Below the pieces are notes generated by a model that made no database searches, was not told the DNA's origin, and saw nothing but the letters and a program-made list of their open reading frames with translations. The position numbers were made by a program, and so were the translations under genes. Shown in pieces: positions 28,878 through 36,639 of a DNA stretch of 64,000 nt. The stretch comes from an uncultured Candidatus Saccharibacteria bacterium (GTDB taxonomy: Bacteria; Patescibacteriota; Doudnabacteria; UBA920), in assembly GCA_964532425.1 (NCBI GenBank), contig CAZHIA010000004.1, positions 83,740 through 147,739 on the forward strand, read 5' to 3'. Numbering within the stretch: position 1 is the stretch's first letter; each line of letters begins with the position of its first letter.

Positions 28878-29246
28878 TTAAATCTTCTCTAATTGGCTAA
28901 CGTCTATCGGCGTATCAGTCTTGTCCGCAATAATCTTAAGCCACTTAGCGAGCAAAGCATCACGCTGCTTGAGCTCTACATAACGTCTTTCAGATAATTC
29001 CAGATAGTTATTAACATTGCTGTTTAAAGCTTGCATTTGATGTTTTAGCTCACCTATGTCCTGCTTTATGCCTCCTATCTCCTGCTTCATTCCGCCAATC
29101 TCTTGTTTTATACCACCTATTTCTTGTTTTATGCCGCCAATCTCTTGTTTTATGCCGCCTATTTCTTCTCCGACATGTTCAAAACCCTGGGACACCATTA
29201 CAGCCAGGTCGTCAATTGTCATGGGTTTTTGATTATTGTCTGTCAC
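28878..29246 (-). CDS. Small protein with six tandem heptad repeats, EIGGIKQ x6
   Basis: The ORF translates as ...EIGGIKQEIGGIKQEIGGIKQEIGGMKQEIGGIKQDIGELKHQ.... It is encoded by a 21-nt tandem DNA repeat. Confidence 0.6.
   Translation of the reverse strand: MTDNNQKPMTIDDLAVMVSQGFEHVGEEIGGIKQEIGGIKQEIGGIKQEIGGMKQEIGGIKQDIGELKHQMQALNSNVNNYLELSERRYVELKQRDALLAKWLKIIADKTDTPIDVSQLEKI
29040..29165. repeat. 21-nt in-frame tandem repeat (about 6 copies; plus-strand unit TTGTTTTATGCCGCCAATCTC)
   Basis: Direct reading of the DNA. It corresponds to the EIGGIKQ heptads. Confidence 0.7.
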
Positions 29247-29346
29247 AGCTCTATCTTAGACGGTTTTATGAGAAAAATCAAACAAGTAAAGAATATAAAA
29301 AGCCTCGGGTGATCAAATCTATAACGATCGCCCGAAGCTCAATGGG

Positions 29347-29811
29347 TTAACAGGCTACCAACCAACGGAAATCTTGTTCCTCCCAGTCATGATGGCCAGT
29401 GCCGGTCCAGCGAAAGCCCGGATGCCACTTCTCCTTATTTTCTGATATCACCGGAAACCGGTCATGTTCTCCGTCATCCTTGTCCGCCGGTGTCCAGGAA
29501 GGGTCAGCATATCCGACCGAACCCTTGCCGTCACACTGAGGGAAAGCCAGACGAAACGCCTCTAACCAGTGCCCATCGGGCAGGTGCCGTTTCCCGAATT
29601 TTTCCCGGATCTCGTGCAAATTACCGCGGAAACCCATTCTGACCAGCTTAAAACGGCGGGTCTGTGTCTCTTCAATTTCCCGTCCTTTGTATTTCCAATC
29701 CTTGGGACGGTACCCGTACGCAGCTGAGATTTTGTCGGCGGAAACCGGGTTTAGGGTGAGCTCGAAAACAACACCATCGGCGGGAACAGGATTACTGCCA
29801 GCCTTAGCCAT
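29347..29811 (-). CDS. Trp-rich hypothetical protein (about 154 aa)
   Basis: The start is at MAKAGSNPVP, with a perfect SD (AAAGGAGGTG) 5-6 nt upstream. The longer track ORF has no SD. Confidence 0.6.
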   Translation of the reverse strand: MAKAGSNPVPADGVVFELTLNPVSADKISAAYGYRPKDWKYKGREIEETQTRRFKLVRMGFRGNLHEIREKFGKRHLPDGHWLEAFRLAFPQCDGKGSVGYADPSWTPADKDDGEHDRFPVISENKEKWHPGFRWTGTGHHDWEEQDFRWLVAC

Positions 29812-29958
29812 ACAACACCTCCTTTGGTTTTTAACAGAATTAAAACAATATCCAATTATAGGACTCACGATAAAGGCTGTCAATCGACAGTTTTCGTCTT
29901 GGCGGGAATATGGTTTTTCAGGTATAATATTATGGAAATATCAGGGAGTAAAAACCAT

Positions 29959-30035
29959 GCACCCGTAGCTCATTTGGATAGAGCGCCTGGCTTCGAACCA
30001 GGAGGTAGGGAGTTCGAATCTCTCCGGGTGCACCA
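29959..30035 (+). tRNA. tRNA-Arg (anticodon TCG), with encoded CCA
   Basis: Manual cloverleaf: acceptor GCACCCG/CGGGTGC, D-stem GCTC/GAGC, anticodon stem CCTGG/CCAGG with loop CTTCGAA, T-arm GGGAG-TTCGAAT-CTCTC. Confidence 0.88.
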
Positions 30036-30105
30036 GTGACACAGGGGTTGCTATTTTCGGCTGAGTATGATAGAATAGCAAAGCAAATCATCCAAACGTA
30101 CATTT

Positions 30106-30180
30106 GGGTCGGTAGCTCCCACCTACGCTAAACCTGCCTACCGGCAGGCAGGGCTTCGGTGGGCAGGCAGTCTTCTCCTT
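30106..30180. repeat. Duplicated 5' fragment of tRNA-Lys (GGGTCGGTAGCTC, 30106-30118) followed by the palindromic 20-mer CCTGCCTACCGGCAGGCAGG
   Basis: The 13-mer is identical to the first 13 nt of the intact tRNA-Lys at 30257. The 20-mer is the reverse complement of 36782-36801. Confidence 0.5.
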
Positions 30181-30256
30181 CGCCATCTTACGCTTCAAAA
30201 GATTTTTCTCACTTTTCGATCGTTCGATGGAACATACAATTTAGTCCATATTTTAT

Positions 30257-30332
30257 GGGTCGGTAGCTCAGTCGGTAGAGCATCTGCCTCTTAAGCAGGG
30301 TGTCGTGGGTTCGATCCCCACCCGACCCACCA
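30257..30332 (+). tRNA. tRNA-Lys (anticodon CTT), with encoded CCA
   Basis: Manual cloverleaf: acceptor GGGTCGG/CCGACCC, D-arm GCTC-AGTCGGTA-GAGC, anticodon loop CTCTTAA, T-arm GTGGG-TTCGATC-CCCAC. Confidence 0.92.
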
Positions 30333-30367
30333 AAAAATATACCACCTATGGGGTGGTATATTTTTTA
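30333..30367 (+). terminator. Rho-independent terminator after tRNA-Lys (ATATACCACC-TATG-GGTGGTATAT followed by TTTTTT)
   Basis: 10-bp stem followed by a T-run. Confidence 0.6.
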
Positions 30368-30389
30368 TTGAATGGTATGAGAATCTGTA

Positions 30390-30704
30390 TTACTTCTGCC
30401 CCGGAACGAAGAATGGGTTCGGCAGGTCCGGCGTGGTGGTCGCTTCATACCCCACACCCGCCTGCAGGCGCTGGATCGCTTTGTCGTAACTGGCAAAATT
30501 AACGCGCACCCCCTGGGCTGACTTCACCACTGTCTCCCCTGCAGTCCGGGAAGTCAATACCAAGTTCACCGTATTTTTTATGGACATTGCCTCGAAAGCC
30601 AATAAAAACAACAACGCCGCGACAAACAGAATGCCGATGTTGTTCTTGATCCGGTTAGCTACTCCCGAAAGATGGAGGAAAGAAAAAGATGATCCGATAG
30701 ACAT
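30390..30704 (-). CDS. Small single-TM protein at the distal end of the pilus operon (possible minor pilus-assembly component)
   Basis: TM segment IGILFVAALLFLLAF. Immediately downstream of the pilO-like gene. Confidence 0.4.
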   Translation of the reverse strand: MSIGSSFSFLHLSGVANRIKNNIGILFVAALLFLLAFEAMSIKNTVNLVLTSRTAGETVVKSAQGVRVNFASYDKAIQRLQAGVGYEATTTPDLPNPFFVPGQK

Positions 30705-30710
30705 ACGACC

Positions 30711-31262
30711 TTATTTTTTAATATAAAAATTGGCGCCGAGCGTAATGTTGACTTTGCTGTTTGCCGCACCGCTGACGTTTACCGTTGAAACGTTGGTGAT
30801 GAAATCCAGGTTCTCCAAAGACTCGACAAACGCAACCGTATGGGAAAAATCGCCGACGACAGTCAAGTTGCATGGAATAGCCGCAAGGCTCGAACTCGTC
30901 TTGGCTTTGGCAGCTGACTGGGCGGTGCCGGAAACTCCGGTCAAGGTCACTGCGACATCAAGGTCCTTCCCCAACTGTTCGATGGTCCTAATCTCATTGA
31001 CCAAGGTTACATCCTTGCTAAAGAACGAGTCAGGTTGAATCGGTTTTGATTGCAGTTCCTGCAGGTCTTTCTTGGCTTTCTGATAGCTGTCGCGCTCGGC
31101 TTTGATGACGGACAATATATGGCGCTTGTCGCCGATGTTGCTGACCAGCAGCTGGTTGGAATTATCGAGAATATGGAAAAAGTACATGAACATGCTCGCA
31201 CATGCCACCACCCAAACTGCCACCCCGACATAGATTTTATTTTTTGCTGACATGAATCCCAT
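30711..31262 (-). CDS. pilO: Type IV pilus assembly protein PilO-like
   Basis: N-terminal TM, a coiled-coil region, then a periplasmic-type domain. Its position after pilN is conserved. Confidence 0.5.
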   Translation of the reverse strand: MGFMSAKNKIYVGVAVWVVACASMFMYFFHILDNSNQLLVSNIGDKRHILSVIKAERDSYQKAKKDLQELQSKPIQPDSFFSKDVTLVNEIRTIEQLGKDLDVAVTLTGVSGTAQSAAKAKTSSSLAAIPCNLTVVGDFSHTVAFVESLENLDFITNVSTVNVSGAANSKVNITLGANFYIKK

Positions 31263-31270
31263 ATGATTTG

Positions 31271-31825
31271 CTATCTAAGCAGGCTGTCTTGAATGGTAAA
31301 CGTGAAGTGGAATGTCACATCAGTCGCTTTGGCGACGTTTTCCAGCGGATAATCCACTTTGGTAAAATGATCCTTATCGTTCAGGATATTATTATACAAT
31401 TGAATGACCAATTCACGCGTAGGACTGAACCCGTGAATGGTGACCGTCTTGCTAGTCGCATCTGCCTGTAGTGAATTGATTCTGATCCCCTCCGGAGGCA
31501 ACACGGCGAACGCTTTGATGACTTTGGACCAATGGGGAGCATTTACTCCCATGTTCGTGTAGTCATTGATCAGGTTGTTGGCTACGGTAATCTGCTGCCG
31601 AATACCAGTTGCATCTTCCTGGTTAACCTGCTGCTGCAACTGCTCGGACTCCTGCTGGACCGCCACGATCTCATTCTGCAAATAATACTTGGCGGCTGCC
31701 TGGGCGCCGAAGACCAGCCCGAAACTGCACATGGACAGCACAAAAAAGGCGATGAAGCTGTGCCAAACGCGTTCGTACTTCAGCTCGCGTTGCTTTGTTT
31801 TTGGAAGAAGGTTAATGATGTGCAT
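31271..31825 (-). CDS. pilN: Type IV pilus assembly protein PilN
   Basis: Conserved N-terminal INLLP motif (MHIINLLPKTKQRE), followed by a TM segment and a coiled coil. Confidence 0.7.
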   Translation of the reverse strand: MHIINLLPKTKQRELKYERVWHSFIAFFVLSMCSFGLVFGAQAAAKYYLQNEIVAVQQESEQLQQQVNQEDATGIRQQITVANNLINDYTNMGVNAPHWSKVIKAFAVLPPEGIRINSLQADATSKTVTIHGFSPTRELVIQLYNNILNDKDHFTKVDYPLENVAKATDVTFHFTFTIQDSLLR

Positions 31826-31835
31826 AATTGTTTAA

Positions 31836-31915
31836 ACCAACATGTAACCTTTGACAATTGACATCTGACAATTCAAACATGGTCACAGGTCAAAGGTTAA
31901 TTGTCAAATGTTTCT
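31836..31915. repeat. TGACA-rich hairpin element in the pilM-pilN intergenic region
   Basis: AACCTTTGACAATTGACATCTGACAATT ... GGTCACAGGTCAAAGGTTAATTGTCAAATGTT. The arms are inverted copies. Related to the elements at 23551-23630 and 26858-26896. Confidence 0.45.
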
Positions 31916-31923
31916 ATAATATT

Positions 31924-32982
31924 CTATTCAAGAAAATTCACTCCCCTCATGGCCAGGCCGATGGCTGTCGTAAAACTTAATGCGTCATCAGCCGGCATAG
32001 GAATTTTCTGCAGCCCGCCCACGTTCTTCCAGGGATTAGACAATTCCACGGTGAGTCCGGGAATGCTGGAAAATTCAGGACCTAAATACTCGGCCAAAAA
32101 TTGGATGCGGGCACCGCCTCCGGTAAGGAGTATCTTGCTAACCTGCTTCTCGGAGTGCTCCGCGTGGAATTTTAGAATATTTTTTATTTCGGCGCTCAAA
32201 TTGTTCAGAACTGGTAGTAGGGTGGTTTTGATATTGGGATACTCGGTAGTATTGGCTATGCCGACTTTTTTCTTGATCATTTCAGCTTTCGCGCTCGACA
32301 CCCCCAGACTCCGGGCAATACACTCCGTAAAGGTCGTGCCGGCAACCGGAATGCTGGAGGTAAATTGCAGCTGGCCGTCTTCGACCATAATCAGGCTCGT
32401 CCGGGTACCGGCCATGTCCACGATCAGCAAGGTTTCCTGCTGGTGACTGTCTACCAATGCGCGATGACAGCTCTGGGATTCCACTTCGAACGCTACAATG
32501 CGCAAACCGGCTTTCTCTAAAATATCCAAGTAAATATCAACGTACTCTTTGGGTGATGCGATGATCAACACGTTCATTTTGTCCCCTACCTTGCCCAAGA
32601 TTTCCCAGTCCAGATACACCTGGTCAATAGGCAGCGGAATGAAATTCTCAGCTTCAAACGGCACGGCGCTTTCCGCATCGCTCTCGCTCATGACCGGTAT
32701 CTGAATGACACGGACGAACGACTTTGATTCGGGCAGACTGGCTACGGCATGCCTGGTATTCACAAGACCGAACTGCGGCTTATCCAGCGCCTGTTCCAAC
32801 AAATGCGTGAATGTCTTAATATCCGCCACGGCATCCCCCACAATCACGCCTTTCGGCAGGGCCGCGTCGGAAAAATTCTTGACCGAAAGCGCGCCCGGCT
32901 TGCCTTCCAACTGGAGCATCTTCAAAGAGCTGCCGCTCACATCGAGCCCGAACGCTTGTTCAGATTTTGAGAAAAATTCCAT
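31924..32982 (-). CDS. pilM: Type IV pilus assembly ATPase-like protein PilM (actin/HSP70 fold)
   Basis: Characteristic PilM N-terminus (FGLDVSGSSLKMLQL). The ATG at 32982 has an AGGAT SD about 10 nt upstream. The start of the track ORF at 33012 is a GTG. Confidence 0.8.
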   Translation of the reverse strand: MEFFSKSEQAFGLDVSGSSLKMLQLEGKPGALSVKNFSDAALPKGVIVGDAVADIKTFTHLLEQALDKPQFGLVNTRHAVASLPESKSFVRVIQIPVMSESDAESAVPFEAENFIPLPIDQVYLDWEILGKVGDKMNVLIIASPKEYVDIYLDILEKAGLRIVAFEVESQSCHRALVDSHQQETLLIVDMAGTRTSLIMVEDGQLQFTSSIPVAGTTFTECIARSLGVSSAKAEMIKKKVGIANTTEYPNIKTTLLPVLNNLSAEIKNILKFHAEHSEKQVSKILLTGGGARIQFLAEYLGPEFSSIPGLTVELSNPWKNVGGLQKIPMPADDALSFTTAIGLAMRGVNFLE

Positions 32983-33074
32983 ATGTATGATCCTAATAAC
33001 CCGAAATACCACCCAAATAATCTGCAGTAAATTTTGTCAATTTTACTTAATTTTATTTAATTTTGCTCAATTCC

Positions 33075-34286
33075 CTACTGTATGTTCTGCCCAATGCTGT
33101 AAATTGGAATAATAAGCGCATACGCCAGCATACCTACCACCCCGCCAATAACCAAGAGCAGCAGAGGCTCGATAATGGACGACATGTTGCGCAGCGTGGT
33201 ATCCACTTCCTCTTCGTAATGATCGGCTATCTGTTCCAAAATGGTGGCCACCGTGCCGCTCTCCTCCCCCACCTGCAGCATCTGGACCACCAATATCGGA
33301 AACAGGTTGGTGTCCTTGCCGAGTGAGTCGCTCAACGCCTTGCCCAACCTCACGTCTCCCGCAGCTTTGGCAGTCAGATCCTTATAAAAGGTGTTACCCA
33401 TGGAATCACTAGATACCTCCAAACTTTGGACAATAGGGACTCCGCTGTTCAGTAAAGAACTCAAAATGCGGGCGTACCGGGCCAGGTTGATCTTTTTTAC
33501 GATGGTATTGATAATGTAAAAATGCAGTAAGAAAAAATCCAGAGCGCGCTTGCCGGGCGGGGTTTTCAGCCCCGCAAGGAATCCCAGGACCAAGGCAACC
33601 AGCAGGACAACCACCATGATCGCGTGGGCTTGCATAAAATCGGCAAACGTCATGAGCACTTTGGTGGCGTAGGGCAGCTCCCCGCCGAAATCCTTAAATA
33701 CCGAGGTCAGCTTCGGCAGGACATAAATGGACATCACTACGCCAATGATGACCATGGCTCCGACAATGACCGAAGGATAAATCATGGCGCCTTTGGTCTT
33801 GGACTTCAAATCCTCCTCGCGCTGCAATTGCACCGTCAGGTACTCCAGGCTTTTTTCCAAATTACCGGAAATTTCCCCCACGCGCACCATACTGACAAAA
33901 ATGTTGGAAAAGACACCCGGGAATTTGGACAATGCTTCGGAAAGGCCCTTGCCCGATTCGACAGCCGTGTGAATATCGGAAATAATAATCTTGAATCGCG
34001 GGTTGCGCGTCTGTTTAGCCAAAATTTGCAGAGACCGGCTTACGGAGATACTTGCCTTCATCATGATCCCCAGGTTCTGAATGAAGCCGATCTTTTCCTT
34101 CAGCGAAATGCTGGAGAACGTTTTCAGAAATTCCCACGCCGATCCTTTCTTGTGCTCGCTGATCTCCGTCGGCAACAGCCCTTGCTCCTTCAGCAAATGC
34201 CCGGCCACGGTAATATTAGGAGCCTGGATAACCGCGCTCTCCTTGTGTCCATCCTTGGCTAAGGCTGTGTAGGTAAATTCAGGCAT
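33075..34286 (-). CDS. pilC: Type IV pilus inner-membrane platform protein PilC (GspF family)
   Basis: Two GspF repeats and three TM helices. Typical PilC length of about 400 aa. Confidence 0.85.
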   Translation of the reverse strand: MPEFTYTALAKDGHKESAVIQAPNITVAGHLLKEQGLLPTEISEHKKGSAWEFLKTFSSISLKEKIGFIQNLGIMMKASISVSRSLQILAKQTRNPRFKIIISDIHTAVESGKGLSEALSKFPGVFSNIFVSMVRVGEISGNLEKSLEYLTVQLQREEDLKSKTKGAMIYPSVIVGAMVIIGVVMSIYVLPKLTSVFKDFGGELPYATKVLMTFADFMQAHAIMVVVLLVALVLGFLAGLKTPPGKRALDFFLLHFYIINTIVKKINLARYARILSSLLNSGVPIVQSLEVSSDSMGNTFYKDLTAKAAGDVRLGKALSDSLGKDTNLFPILVVQMLQVGEESGTVATILEQIADHYEEEVDTTLRNMSSIIEPLLLLVIGGVVGMLAYALIIPIYSIGQNIQ

Positions 34287-34770
34287 AGGTCTACAAAAAC
34301 TACGGAAAATGCTGCCTACGGAAATCTACGGATGCTCCGCAGTATCAATCACATTGTTACTATTTAAAACCCTTCTTGGCCTCAATCTCTGTTCTCGGAA
34401 ATTCACCAGTAATCCCAGTTTATGGCCACTTTGATGCAAATACCGTTTCACTTGAGAATAATGTTCGTCTAACAAAAACGGCACAGTTTTGAATTCAAGG
34501 ACAATTTTATCTTCAACGACAAAGTCAAGAATATTTCCTGAATCCCCAATACGCAATTCTCTCTTATAGGCTTTATTCCTTTCTTTCAACTTCTTCTCGA
34601 ATAAGTCACTGCATTGTTTTTCCCGGGCGTAACAACCTAATTCTTTATGAACTTCTATGAGTAGACCTATCAATTCATAACTCAACTCCCGGTACAAGAA
34701 ATCTTCCCGAAATCTACTGCCTCCTTCCGTAGTTTTCTGTAGATTCGTAGGCATCCGTAGTTTGTGTAGT
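34287..34770. mobile_element. Cassette-like insertion between pilB and pilC carrying a GxxExxY gene. It is bounded by inverted arrays of CTACGG (left) and CCGTAG (right) hexamers.
   Basis: Left end: CTACAAAAACTACGGAAAATGCTGCCTACGGAAATCTACGGATGC. Right end: CCGTAGTTTTCTGTAGATTCGTAGGCATCCGTAGTTTGTGTAG. The termini CTACAAAAACTACGG and CCGTAGTTTGTGTAG are near-reverse complements. Confidence 0.4.
34326..34754 (-). CDS. GxxExxY protein (TIGR04256-type; PD-(D/E)xK nuclease-like fold)
   Basis: Conserved features ELIGLLIEVHKELG, DFVVEDKIVLEFKTV and a C-terminal GLLVNF, as I recall this family. The N-terminal roughly 20 aa are encoded by the right-hand repeat array. Confidence 0.7.
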   Translation of the reverse strand: MPTNLQKTTEGGSRFREDFLYRELSYELIGLLIEVHKELGCYAREKQCSDLFEKKLKERNKAYKRELRIGDSGNILDFVVEDKIVLEFKTVPFLLDEHYSQVKRYLHQSGHKLGLLVNFREQRLRPRRVLNSNNVIDTAEHP

Positions 34771-36525
34771 CTATTCTTTCGATACGCGCAAAATCTCCTC
34801 TATGGTCGTTTGCCCCTGTATGGCCTTAATGAATCCGTCCTCCCACAACGTGATCATACCTTCGGTTTCAGCCTGTTCCTGAATTTCCTGGGCAGTCTTA
34901 TGCTCCATGATCATATCGGCGACTTTCGGCGTCACTTCAAGAATTTCATGAATGCCTACGCGGCCCTTATACCCGCTCTTGTTGCATTTGTCGCAGCCTT
35001 GTCCTTTAAATAATTTCAGTTCCTTCAGGCTTTTGGCTTTTACAATGTTCTCACGGGCCAATACCGGCCAGAGCTTCTCAATATGGAACAGCTTTTCCAG
35101 AGTTTCGATCATGGCTTCGTCCAATTTGGTTGCCGCCTGGCAGTCCTTGCATATGACGCGAACCAGGCGCTGTGCCAGCACGGCATTGACCGTCGATGCG
35201 ATCAGATAAGCCTCAACGCCGATATCAAGCAAGCGGGGCAGGGCCGCCGCTGCGCTGTTGGTGTGCAAAGTAGAAAATACCACGTGTCCGGTCATGGCGG
35301 CATGAACCGCTTCCTCGGCCGTTTCCTGGTCGCGGATTTCACCAATCATAATGATGTTCGGGTCCTGGCGGAGCAGGGCCCGCAGACCCATGGCAAAGGT
35401 CAGTCCTATCTTCGGGTTGACCTGCATCTGGTTGGCGCCGACAATGCGGTATTCCACCGGATCTTCAATGGTGGAAATATTCACGGCTTTAGTGTTCATC
35501 ATGGACAGTACCGTGTACAAGGTCGTAGACTTACCGCTCCCCGTCGGCCCGGTCACCAGCAACATGCCATGAGGCTTTTTGATATTGCGCAGGATCACCT
35601 CAAGTGCCGATTTCTGAAATCCGAGATCTTCCAGGCCTACGGCTTTGGCAGACTCGTCGAGTAAGCGGATAACCACCTTTTCACCGTCGAAGATCGGGAT
35701 CGTAGAAACGCGAAGGCTGAATTTATACCCGTCCTTTTCAATCTTAAAGCGGCCATCCTGCGGCAGGCGGTGTTCATCAATCTTCAAATTGGAAAGTACT
35801 TTAATACGGGCCACGATAGCGGCCTGAATAACTTTAGGCAAAGTCATAACGTCGTGCAGTACGCCGTCAATACGGTACCGCACCATCACGGAATTTTCCT
35901 GCGGTTCGATGTGAATATCGGAAGCATGCTCAAATACGGCATATTCCAGCAGCGTATCAACCACGCGGATGACCGGAATCTCTTCGGCCATCTTCTTCAG
36001 GCCGTCAGCCAGGCTGTCTACGCCTTCCGGGCCGGTCGTTAAGGGCTTGGCTTCCTCGCCCGGCGTGAACAGGTGCTTGATCTCTTTTTCCAAAGACGAG
36101 TGGTACTTGGAAAGGCCGAATTCCAGGCTGGTCTTGCCAATGAGGAACGTCTTTATTCTGAGACCGGTCTTTTTTTGAATGAATTCCCTGGTCTGAATGT
36201 CTTCCGGATCAGTCATAGCTAAAGACAGCTCATCCTTGGTTTTGGCAAAGGAGATGACTTGGTGGCGGTGCGCGATGGGTTCAGGAACCAAATTCAGGAC
36301 GTCTTGTGCAATTTGCTGGGTCTGCAGGTCAATAACCGGCACGGAAAGTGTCTGGCTTTTAACGGTCAACAACTGCTGTTCGGTCAGTGCTTTTTTTTCC
36401 AACAAAAAATCTTCCCACGACGACGCGGTTTTAGCCGAAAGCTTTTCTTTTTCCAGATTTTTCAGCTTATCTTCGGTCAAAACCTGATTTTCTTTCAGCG
36501 CCAGATTGAGTTGGTTTTTATCCAT
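34771..36525 (-). CDS. pilB: Type IV pilus assembly ATPase PilB (GspE family)
   Basis: Walker A GPTGSGKSTT, Asp box, Walker B and a tetracysteine motif (CKDCQ...CDKCNKSGYKGR). An N1/N2-type N-terminal region. Confidence 0.9.
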   Translation of the reverse strand: MDKNQLNLALKENQVLTEDKLKNLEKEKLSAKTASSWEDFLLEKKALTEQQLLTVKSQTLSVPVIDLQTQQIAQDVLNLVPEPIAHRHQVISFAKTKDELSLAMTDPEDIQTREFIQKKTGLRIKTFLIGKTSLEFGLSKYHSSLEKEIKHLFTPGEEAKPLTTGPEGVDSLADGLKKMAEEIPVIRVVDTLLEYAVFEHASDIHIEPQENSVMVRYRIDGVLHDVMTLPKVIQAAIVARIKVLSNLKIDEHRLPQDGRFKIEKDGYKFSLRVSTIPIFDGEKVVIRLLDESAKAVGLEDLGFQKSALEVILRNIKKPHGMLLVTGPTGSGKSTTLYTVLSMMNTKAVNISTIEDPVEYRIVGANQMQVNPKIGLTFAMGLRALLRQDPNIIMIGEIRDQETAEEAVHAAMTGHVVFSTLHTNSAAAALPRLLDIGVEAYLIASTVNAVLAQRLVRVICKDCQAATKLDEAMIETLEKLFHIEKLWPVLARENIVKAKSLKELKLFKGQGCDKCNKSGYKGRVGIHEILEVTPKVADMIMEHKTAQEIQEQAETEGMITLWEDGFIKAIQGQTTIEEILRVSKE

Positions 36526-36639
36526 TCTAAATTCCCTGGAATTTTTATTGTTTATTTCAGAAATTCCGACTTTTTGCTTTCACATTATACCATATTTGAA
36601 AATTTTAGGAAAATTCTCTTGTTAAGAAGTACCCTTTCG

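Noticed and set aside
28878-29246. CRISPR array or other non-coding tandem repeat at 29040-29165
   Set aside because: The repeats are 21 nt, contiguous with no spacers, and in frame within an ORF that has a plausible start and stop. They are interpreted as coding heptad repeats.
30040-30256. A third tRNA or tmRNA-like gene between tRNA-Arg and tRNA-Lys
   Set aside because: Only the 13-nt 5' fragment of tRNA-Lys is present. No D-arm, anticodon arm or T-arm can be drawn, and the rest is the palindromic repeat.
33012-33012. pilM start at 33012 as given in the ORF track
   Set aside because: The codon there is GTG with no SD. An ATG at 32980-32982 with an AGGAT box 10 nt upstream gives the canonical PilM N-terminus (MEFFSK...). 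Other track 'M' starts were likewise found to be TTG codons, for example at 46111 and 62869.
33624-34262. 212-aa plus-strand ORF antisense to pilC (and similar ORFs antisense to pilB at 35083-35664)
   Set aside because: It is embedded in strongly supported PilC/PilB genes. The composition is His/Arg/Gly-rich, typical of antisense translation.
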